From NCBI RefSeq assembly GCF_000784355.1, contig NZ_KN360931.1:190836-222835 (forward strand): DNA of 32,000 nt, given 5' to 3'. Made by a program: the position numbers and the translations under genes. Below are positions 17,760 to 24,536 of this stretch, piece by piece (positions within the stretch are counted from its first letter, which is position 1; each line of letters begins with the position of its first letter). Under the pieces are notes generated by a model, which saw only the letters and a program-made list of their open reading frames with translations, ran no database searches and was not told the DNA's origin. Source of the DNA: Methanolacinia paynteri. Its GTDB lineage: Archaea > Halobacteriota > Methanomicrobia > Methanomicrobiales > Methanomicrobiaceae.

Positions 17760-17839
17760 TCTCCTTAACTATCGAATTTAATCACTCCTTTGATTTCAAC
17801 TGAGAACTCTTTCCTGCAATCGAGGTTTCAAAAAATTTC

Positions 17840-18730
17840 TCATGCTTTTGCACTTGCGACATAAAAACCTCCGAAACCGTATGTCGTGTTCTTTCCGATC
17901 TGCAGATACTCCCCCGCTTTCAGGATCGTTCCAAGTCCGGGATCTACACCCGACGTATCATAAGTTATCGATCCGGTGATCCCGGTGAAGACGATGTTCT
18001 TCTTCTCCCTGTTTTTCCTGGAATGCACGAGGATCGAATTCGTCCTGATATCGAAATCCAGTATTTCCGGATAATTGTCAAATTCGAGATCTTCGACATG
18101 GAGAGGATAATTTCCAGGATCGTACTTCTTCGCGGTCCTGTTGAATGAGCGAAGCGAGGCAGTGACCAGTGCGGAAAAAGCGGGAAGCTGCATAAGCCTG
18201 CCTTTCTCAAAAAGAGCTGTCGGAGTTATGAAATTAACCGTGGTCGAGTCCCCGAGGTTATACTCCGGAATTTCATTCATCGTTCTTGCCTGGATACCGC
18301 CGATCTCGTATTTGCAGCCGTTGAAGTTGTAGACGCCCTCCTTTTCATAAAGAGAGGATAATACCGAAGGCACGTACTTCCTGCGATCGCCGTGGATCTT
18401 CAGAAAACCGGTAACGAGATCTTCGTTCTTAAACGAAAGGACTGCGTAGGGCTTGATATCGTTATCGGCTTTGTAAATACGGGAATATGCCGAATCTTCG
18501 GTATCAGGTTCGCAATAGTTGTCCTGGTTGAATTTCAATGCATGACCCAGAAATCCCCGGAAAATATCTCCGCAGAATTCGGGAGCGGCGTCGTTTCTTA
18601 AATTAATATCAACAGTAATTATCGAACTGTTGAAAGCCGGGTTTGTTCGCTGAACGTTTTTTTGTTTTATCTGTATGACATATACCCCCTGAAGAATATT
18701 TTTTCCTTTTAAGTGGATGTGCATAAACAT
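17840..18730 (-). CDS. cas6: Cas6 crRNA-processing endoribonuclease
   Basis: RAMP-type C-terminal G-rich loop IGKNTTYGFGGFYV. First gene of the cmr operon. The start could be one of the two ATGs in MFMHIH. Confidence 0.75.
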   Translation of the reverse strand: MFMHIHLKGKNILQGVYVIQIKQKNVQRTNPAFNSSIITVDINLRNDAAPEFCGDIFRGFLGHALKFNQDNYCEPDTEDSAYSRIYKADNDIKPYAVLSFKNEDLVTGFLKIHGDRRKYVPSVLSSLYEKEGVYNFNGCKYEIGGIQARTMNEIPEYNLGDSTTVNFITPTALFEKGRLMQLPAFSALVTASLRSFNRTAKKYDPGNYPLHVEDLEFDNYPEILDFDIRTNSILVHSRKNREKKNIVFTGITGSITYDTSGVDPGLGTILKAGEYLQIGKNTTYGFGGFYVASAKA

Positions 18731-18835
18731 TTCGATTTGAATCCGCGATCGTTTTAGTCCGCATAACTAACGCAGCCGGCACTCCGATCATGAGACCTGG
18801 GTGCATTATCATGTGATTTGCAATGAAAAAGAGAG

Positions 18836-19035
18836 ATGAACGAGATAATTTTCATCGTATGCGCATGAGTCGTCTGATAACGTGCGTTGCTGCAGGGCCG
18901 GAGATGCTTTCGTAAGCCGCATGAAGATCTCAAGATCGTCTTCTGATAATTCCGGTATGCAAAGCCTGTCATGAAAAAATCGTTTCAGTTAACGATCATT
19001 TCCCCGAAGAAGAGCAGGATTATCTTGTAATATGA
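18836..19035 (+). pseudogene. cas2 remnant (internally deleted and frameshifted) preceding leader 2
   Basis: 18921-19035 (atgaagatc[tcaa]gatcgtcttctgataattccggtatgcaaagcctgtcatgaaaaaatcgtttcagttaacgatcatttccccgaagaagagcaggattatcttgtaatatga) is near-identical to the cas2 3' end at 22813-22920, apart from a 4-nt insertion. Similarity upstream to 18836 is weaker (MNEIIFIV versus MDNYRLIV). Confidence 0.65.
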
Positions 19036-19055
19036 TCTTCATCACGACATTTTCT

Positions 19056-19098
19056 GCGGTGATCTTTATAAAGGATCATCGGATGATCCGATCACCGC
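19056..19098. repeat. Leader palindrome A, array 2
   Basis: gcggtgatctttataaaggatcatcggatgatccgatcaccgc. The inner arm is extended to 8 bp (GGATCATC/GATGATCC). Confidence 0.85.
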
Positions 19099-19157
19099 AA
19101 AAATGAAAAAACGGAGTCAGCTCCTGCCTTCTTTTGCCCTGTTTCGGAGGGTCACCT

Positions 19158-19200
19158 GCGGTGATCTTTATAAAGGATCTCCGACAGATCCGATCACCGC
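19158..19200. repeat. Leader palindrome B, array 2
   Basis: gcggtgatctttataaaggatctccgacagatccgatcaccgc. Starts 102 nt after palindrome A and ends 64 nt before the first repeat. Confidence 0.85.
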
Positions 19201-19264
19201 AAAGTTTGAAAAAACGGAGCATGCAGGAGCCGACAGAAATCTTTTTCTCAGAGAAAGGCATACT

Positions 19265-20048
19265 GTTGCAATGTCACCCGCAATTAGAAGGGTATGGAAA
19301 CAAGAATCATGCAGAGCAAGATTACAAGACGAAGCCTTAAGTTGCAATGTCACCCGCAATTAGAAGGGTATGGAAACTTCATCTATCTTCTTTAAGACAA
19401 TTATTGGCATCATGTTGCAATGTCACCCGCAATTAGAAGGGTATGGAAACAAAGGTATAGATCGGTAGGTTCCCCGTCCTTTTCAAAGTGTGTTGCAATG
19501 TCACCCGCAATTAGAAGGGTATGGAAACCTCAATCTCGCTGTTGGGAACAGCTACAGTTTTTCGTTGCAATGTCACCCGCAATTAGAAGGGTATGGAAAC
19601 AGTTGCAGAATCAATTTTCTCGCACTCCATTCTCAAAAGTTGCAATGTCACCCGCAATTAGAAGGGTATGGAAACTCTTGAATATCTTCCGACGTTGCGT
19701 GGGGAATTACTTCGTTGCAATGTCACCCGCAATTAGAAGGGTATGGAAACACCTGCGCAATGCGTTCCACATATACCTATTTTCATATTAGTTGCAATGT
19801 CACCCGCAATTAGAAGGGTATGGAAACTTTTAAAATACGTCTCTTCTATCTCTAAACTCATTCAATCGTTGCAATGTCACCCGCAATTAGGAGGGTATGG
19901 AAACAAAAGAAGTCGTGCAGCGTTATTGGCGAGGTTGATACGTTGCAATGTCACCCGCAATTAGAAGGGTATGGAAACTGTCAATGTTCTTTATAATTTC
20001 ACTACTCTTTTGTTGCAATGTCACCCGCAATTAGAAGGATTCCTTTTT
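19265..20048 (+). CRISPR. CRISPR array 2: 11 repeats (10 spacers); the last repeat is abruptly truncated after nt 27
   Basis: Repeat starts: 19265, 19341, 19414, 19492, 19564, 19639, 19714, 19791, 19868 (A>G variant), 19942, 20012. Spacers are 39, 36, 41, 35, 38, 38, 40, 40, 37 and 33 nt. Confidence 0.97.
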
Positions 20049-20059
20049 TACCAAAAAAG
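20043..20059 (+). terminator. T6 run within an A/T hairpin (CTTTTTT-ACC-AAAAAAG) right after the truncated last repeat; possible pre-crRNA terminator
   Basis: Oligo-T tracts act as archaeal terminators. The perfect 7-bp inverted repeat is seen directly in the sequence. Confidence 0.35.
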
Positions 20060-20133
20060 CAGGAAAAAAGTATTCACACAAGTCCGTGATTTTTCCCGAA
20101 ATGCTTTTTTAATAATTACGAAAATTAATTCTT

Positions 20134-21564
20134 ATGGCTGCTATTGTGTATCTGTCAAAGGAAGACCTGGATTCATTATGGGACATGATAAACTGGCAGA
20201 AAGTACGGAAAATCGTATCAAGAACCCAGATAAAAATTGCAAAGGCAGCTAATGAACACAATATAGGGAAAATTAATGAATTCCAGGATAAACTGGTTCA
20301 TTCATTTCCTGCAAAGCTGCTTGCAGTCAGAATTGTAACGGAAAATGAGGGCGGGGATAACGCGGGAGTTGACGGAATTATCTGGGATAAAGATGAAGAA
20401 TGCATGCATGCCGCATGCACCCTGGACACTGACAATTATAATGCAAAACCTCTTCTAAGAATAATGATTCCCAAACCCGGAAAGGATGAGATGAGGCCGA
20501 TATCACTTCCGGTTATGTATGACCGTGCAATACAGGCACTTTTCGCCCTTGCTCTTCAGCCGGTCTCAGAGACATGGGCCGATAAAAGATCTTTCGGATT
20601 CAGAAAGTATCGTTCGACAAAGGATGCTTCATCGTATATCAAATCTCTTTTGGACCACAAAAATTCGGCCGAATGGATACTTGAAGGGGATATAAAATCC
20701 TGCTTCGATAAAATATCGCACGACTGGCTTTTGGAAAATATACCGATGGATAAAAAAATACTTTCAGAATTTTTGAAGGCTGATTATATCTACCAGGACC
20801 AGAGATTCAGGACATCTGAAGGTGTCCCCCAGGGTGGAGTGATCTCCCCCTTTCTGGCAAATATGGCACTTGACGGTATGGAGGATTTTCTGGAGACAAA
20901 ATTTTCCGGAAGAAAAGTCCATCTTGTCAGATATGCCGATGATTTCATCGTCACTGCCGATACTTCTGATACGGCACTGGAAGTTAAGGACAAATTGGAG
21001 GAGTTTTTAAGCATAAGAGGATTGCACCTTTCCGAAACAAAAACCAGAGTTGCCGGTGTCAGTGACGGTTTTGATTTTCTTGGATGGTCTTTCAGAAAAA
21101 CCGACAACAGAGTTGTAATTACACCTTCTGAAAAATCCGTTCAGGGAATCATGGCCAGACTCTCGGAAGAGATCATGAATTCCAAATCCGGAAATCCCGA
21201 TCAATTAATCGGGAGATTAAATCCTGTCATTCGCGGTTGGGCGGAATATAATAATCATATCAACTCCAATGCTGCTTTTGAAGAACTGGATCGTTATTTG
21301 TTTGATGAATTGATGAAATGGGTTCAGAACGCCAGTACAAAGACAAACCGGGGGGATATAATGGATAAGTCCTTTGAATTTCTCTGTGAGGGTGAATGGA
21401 TCTTCTGCGGGGGAAATGAAAAACTTTTGAGATTTACGGATACTAAATTTTATTATCATCCTCCGCTGAAACTCGATGCAAATCCGTATCTTGAGAAAGG
21501 ATACTTTACAGAGAGAAAAAGATCTGATAAGTGTGAGCTGTATATTGATGATTATTATCAATAA
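20134..21564 (+). CDS. Group-II-intron-type reverse transcriptase with maturase/thumb (X) domain, CRISPR-associated, not fused to Cas1
   Basis: RT motifs: RPISLPVMYDRAIQALFALAL, GVPQGGVISPFLANMAL, and the catalytic VRYADDFIV. X-domain: LNPVIRGWAEYNNH. No En domain. Lies 85 nt after array 2 and 78 nt before cas1. Confidence 0.9.
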   Translation: MAAIVYLSKEDLDSLWDMINWQKVRKIVSRTQIKIAKAANEHNIGKINEFQDKLVHSFPAKLLAVRIVTENEGGDNAGVDGIIWDKDEECMHAACTLDTDNYNAKPLLRIMIPKPGKDEMRPISLPVMYDRAIQALFALALQPVSETWADKRSFGFRKYRSTKDASSYIKSLLDHKNSAEWILEGDIKSCFDKISHDWLLENIPMDKKILSEFLKADYIYQDQRFRTSEGVPQGGVISPFLANMALDGMEDFLETKFSGRKVHLVRYADDFIVTADTSDTALEVKDKLEEFLSIRGLHLSETKTRVAGVSDGFDFLGWSFRKTDNRVVITPSEKSVQGIMARLSEEIMNSKSGNPDQLIGRLNPVIRGWAEYNNHINSNAAFEELDRYLFDELMKWVQNASTKTNRGDIMDKSFEFLCEGEWIFCGGNEKLLRFTDTKFYYHPPLKLDANPYLEKGYFTERKRSDKCELYIDDYYQ

Positions 21565-21642
21565 CCGGCTCCTTTTGTCTTGTAAAACCCAAGTAAGAAT
21601 TCATAGAAAAAATTATGTTTTCATTTTTCAATTATCTTCATC

Positions 21643-22623
21643 ATGGAGACTGTTCTTGTTACCGGGAGGGGTGTAAAGATTGGAAGGCATAACAAAATGC
21701 TATACTTTTCCGAGCGAGATAAGAAAGAAAGATCAATATCTCCAATAGATCTGGATCTTATTATTTTAAGCGGAGAATTTTCAATATCTTCAGGTGCAAT
21801 AAGACTTTTGTCTTCGCATGATGCCGGAATTGTCGTTCTGGACAATTATGGGAGACCCATCGGTCATTTCTTACCTGCAAGAAAGAGCAAAGTAATCGAA
21901 AATTATGAAATGCAACGCTCTCTCCCCTCTAAAAAATCACTCGGGATTGCAAAAGAGATCTGTCGGACTTCCGGAAGAAACAAGATTGCCTTGCTAAGAT
22001 CGGTTGGCAGGAATAAAGGAATAGATTGCAAAGATATAATGTCATCTATTCAGTGTAAAATTGAATTGATAGATGAAATCACGAGTAAAAATGTTCTCCT
22101 TGGAATTGAGGGCATCACAGGAAGATTATATTATGAAGGATTAAAACTCCTGTTGCCGGAGGATGCCGGCTTCAGTCACAGGAACAGGCATCCCCCGTGT
22201 GATCCGGTAAATGCACTCCTCTCGTACGGATACGGGATACTATATTCTCATATCAGAAGAGCAGTGGTAACGGCGGGTTTATCACCTTATTATGGTATCC
22301 TGCATTCCTCGTATAAAAAACAGGAGGCCCTTGTCTATGATTTGATTGAAGAGTTCCGCCAGCCTGTTGTCGACCGGGTCGTCCTGACTCTCTTTAATAA
22401 AAATCAAGTGGGGATGAATGATTTTTCAATTGAATCGGGGAAATGCACAATAAATTCACAGGCGAAACGAATTTTTTCTTCCGAGATAATGAGCCGTTTA
22501 AATTCCGGTTACCTGTACAAATCCGTGCATTTAAAATTTAATGATATTATCAGAGAACAGGCAGTTTTAATGCAGAAGGCCATTGCCGGAGAATGTGATT
22601 ACTTTGCTTTCAGGTACAGGTAG
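21643..22623 (+). CDS. cas1: Cas1 integrase
   Basis: NALLSYGYGILYSHIRRAVVTAGLSPYYGILHS....ALVYDLIEEFRQPVVDRVV. Confidence 0.92.
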   Translation: METVLVTGRGVKIGRHNKMLYFSERDKKERSISPIDLDLIILSGEFSISSGAIRLLSSHDAGIVVLDNYGRPIGHFLPARKSKVIENYEMQRSLPSKKSLGIAKEICRTSGRNKIALLRSVGRNKGIDCKDIMSSIQCKIELIDEITSKNVLLGIEGITGRLYYEGLKLLLPEDAGFSHRNRHPPCDPVNALLSYGYGILYSHIRRAVVTAGLSPYYGILHSSYKKQEALVYDLIEEFRQPVVDRVVLTLFNKNQVGMNDFSIESGKCTINSQAKRIFSSEIMSRLNSGYLYKSVHLKFNDIIREQAVLMQKAIAGECDYFAFRYR

Positions 22624-22632
22624 GTTTTTGAA

Positions 22633-22920
22633 ATGGATAATTATCGACTGATCGTCAGTTACGATATAACCGATGACAAGAAGCGAAACGAAATGGTTGA
22701 GCATCTCCATTACATGGGATTATTTAGGATACAATATAGTGTCTTTGCAGGATTCGTGCCACGGAAAAGGTATGACTGCCTTGTTTCAGGCTGCATGGAG
22801 TGGTGCAGCACAGATGAAGATCGTCTTCTGATAATTCCGGTATGCAAAGCATGTCATGAAAGAATAGTTTCAGTTAACGATCATTTCCCCGAAGAAGAGC
22901 AGGATTATCTTGTAATCTGA
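22633..22920 (+). CDS. cas2: Cas2
   Basis: YRLIVSYDITDDKKRNEMVEHLHYMGLFRIQYSVFAG. 95 aa. Lies immediately upstream of leader 3. Confidence 0.9.
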   Translation: MDNYRLIVSYDITDDKKRNEMVEHLHYMGLFRIQYSVFAGFVPRKRYDCLVSGCMEWCSTDEDRLLIIPVCKACHERIVSVNDHFPEEEQDYLVI

Positions 22921-22940
22921 TCTTCATCACGACATTTTCT

Positions 22941-22983
22941 GCGGTGATCTTTATAAAGGATCTTTGAGAGATCCGATCACCGC
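22941..22983. repeat. Leader palindrome A, array 3
   Basis: gcggtgatctttataaaggatctttgagagatccgatcaccgc. Confidence 0.85.
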
Positions 22984-23042
22984 AAAAATGAAAAAACAAA
23001 GCCTGTTCCTGCCTTCTTTTGGCAGGTTTCGGAGGGTCACCT

Positions 23043-23085
23043 GCGGTGATCTTTATAAAGGACCTTTGAGAGATCCGATCACCGC
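23043..23085. repeat. Leader palindrome B, array 3
   Basis: gcggtgatctttataaaggacctttgagagatccgatcaccgc. Ends 64 nt before the first repeat. Confidence 0.85.
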
Positions 23086-23149
23086 AGAATTTGAAAAAAC
23101 GAAGCATGCAGGAGCCGACAGAAATCTTTTTCTCAGAGAAAGGCATACT

Positions 23150-24062
23150 GTTGCAATAACACCCGCAATTAGAAGGGTATGGAAACATTTCGTGCTCTAT
23201 CTCCATTCTCCCCCTTTCGCAAGAGTTGCAATAACACCCGCAATTAGAAGGGTATGGAAACAGATAGAGGATGGCTAGCAGACCATCTTTCCAGAATTGT
23301 TGCAATAACACCCGCAATTAGAAGGGTATGGAAACTTGAAGACATTGTTCTGAGGATCTCGTCTATACGCTGTTGCAATAACACCCGCAATTAGAAGGGT
23401 ATGGAAACTATTGCATCTTTCTTTCCTTTGTCCAGATTCTTATCGTTGCAATAACACCCGCAATTAGAAGGGTATGGAAACCGAATCCGCCACCATCCAT
23501 TATTTTGGTTCCGTCATGGTTGCAATGTCACCCGTAATTAGAAGGGTATGGAAACAATTATTACAATATTGTATATAGTATAACCTACAGTTGCAATGTC
23601 ACCCGTAATTAGAAGGGTATGGAAACTTCTCCGGGCGTTGAAGGCATCTATGTCTTCATGTTGCAATGACACCCGTAATTAGAAGGGTATGGAAACTTAT
23701 TCTCGGTCCCAAATAGTGACCTTGACATTTTCTTGCAATGACACCCGCAATTAGAAGGGTATGGAAACGTAAAACAACTTCAATGCCGAGCTCTTCTAAA
23801 ACCCTTGCAATGACACCCGCAATTAGAAGGGTATGGAAACAATTCTTGAGGGATGTTCATCCCATTCTTTCTTTACTTGCAATGACACCCGCAATTAGAA
23901 GGGTATGGAAACATAGATTATCTTCTTGACGATCTGGTACTTTATTTCAGTTGCAATGTCACCCGCAATTAGAAGGGTACGGAAATCCCGGTCATATAAA
24001 GAGCGTTAAGAACCTGGGATTGTTTGTTGCAATATCACCTGTTTTTATAAGTTCACGAGAAT
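23150..24062 (+). CRISPR. CRISPR array 3: 13 repeats (12 spacers) in blocks of repeat variants; the last repeat is degenerate
   Basis: Repeat starts: 23150, 23225, 23299, 23372, 23445 (GCAATAACACCCGC). 23519, 23590 (GCAATGTCACCCGT). 23660 (GCAATGACACCCGT). 23732, 23804, 23876 (CTTGCAATGACACCCGC). 23950 (..GGGTACGGAAAT). 24026 (degenerate). Spacers are 33-39 nt. Confidence 0.97.
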
Positions 24063-24285
24063 TTCAGGAGAGAATTCTGTTTTTGGAATCTTCCATGAGG
24101 GTGGGGAACATATCGATTTCGTGAATATATTTTAGTCCTGGGAATTTCAGAATGCCGTAGGCGAAATAATCAAAGAAATGAGAATAAAACAAAAAAAACC
24201 TGAACCTTATATAATAATGCTGTCAGTGAGTTCCACTATCATTGTCAGAATGCTAAAGGTGGAGAATCTCCACCAAAAGTAAAAA

Positions 24286-24399
24286 TGCTGTCGACGGGAT
24301 CCGAACCCGTGACCTCCAGATATCTCAGATATCAAGCGCCCCGAAATGTGCTACAAAACCCTATGAGTCTGGCGCCCTAACCGACTAGGCCACGACAGC
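24286..24399 (-). tRNA. tRNA with CAU anticodon (elongator Met or Ile2) carrying an intron of about 40 nt after position 37
   Basis: The reverse complement folds as acceptor GCTGTCG/CGACAGC, D arm GCCT-AGTCGGTTA-GGGC, and anticodon stem CCAGA/TCTGG with loop CTCATA. The intron lies at about 24322-24361. Variable region AGGTC, T arm ACGGG-TTCGGAT-CCCGT, discriminator A, then TTTTT. The mature length is 74 nt and no CCA is encoded. Confidence 0.85.
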
Positions 24400-24536
24400 A
24401 TGTGAATTTTTTTCGTCGGTTATTCGCACAACAAAGTGCATAATAAAAAGGACGGATACGCTATTAAACCTTATGATATGACTACCGGAGATAACATCAT
24501 GCAGTTTTTTCCCTTAAAAAAGCGAATATCAGATAC

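Larger units (their letters stand above)
19036..19264 (+). promoter_or_regulatory. CRISPR leader 2
   Basis: Near-identical to 22921-23149. Two 43-nt palindromes at 19056-19098 and 19158-19200. Conserved junction ggcatact|GTTGCAAT. Confidence 0.85.
22921..23149 (+). promoter_or_regulatory. CRISPR leader 3
   Basis: Runs from the cas2 stop to the first repeat. Contains palindromes at 22941-22983 and 23043-23085. Confidence 0.85.

Noticed and set aside
17760-17839. Repeated ggag(a)gtgatt motif and AAGGAGA just upstream of the cmr1 GTG, as a regulatory element
   Set aside because: The Shine-Dalgarno-like sequence directly abuts the proposed start, so the true start codon is uncertain. The short repeat is not distinguishable from chance.
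19420-19791. ORFs running through the CRISPR arrays (e.g. 19420-19791, 19490-19681, 19743-19964, 23738-23929, 22874-23317) with reiterated MSPAIRRVWK / LQCHPQLEGYGN peptides
   Set aside because: The periodic peptide is simply the translated 37-nt repeat. These are array artefacts, not genes.
20100-20133. TATA-like ttttttaataa about 20 nt upstream of the RT ATG, as the promoter of a leaderless RT-cas1-cas2 mRNA
   Set aside because: It is plausible, but AT-rich runs are common in this island. Without transcript 5'-end data it is not a supportable feature.
20049-21642. RT as part of a mobile group II intron
   Set aside because: Only 85 nt lie upstream and 78 nt downstream between the flanking array and cas1. 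That is too little for ribozyme domains I-IV and V-VI. There is no En domain. The RT looks domesticated.
8243-24062. Self-targeting spacers or spacers matching other parts of the window
   Set aside because: Scanning the 26 spacers by eye against the window found no match. This is not exhaustive and needs a computed search, so no claim is made.
24215-24295. Short direct repeat aatgctgtc (24217 and 24284, the latter overlapping the tRNA 3' end) as a possible att site of an integrated element
   Set aside because: Only about 9 nt are shared, the copies are 65 nt apart, and there is no integrase. This is within chance expectation.
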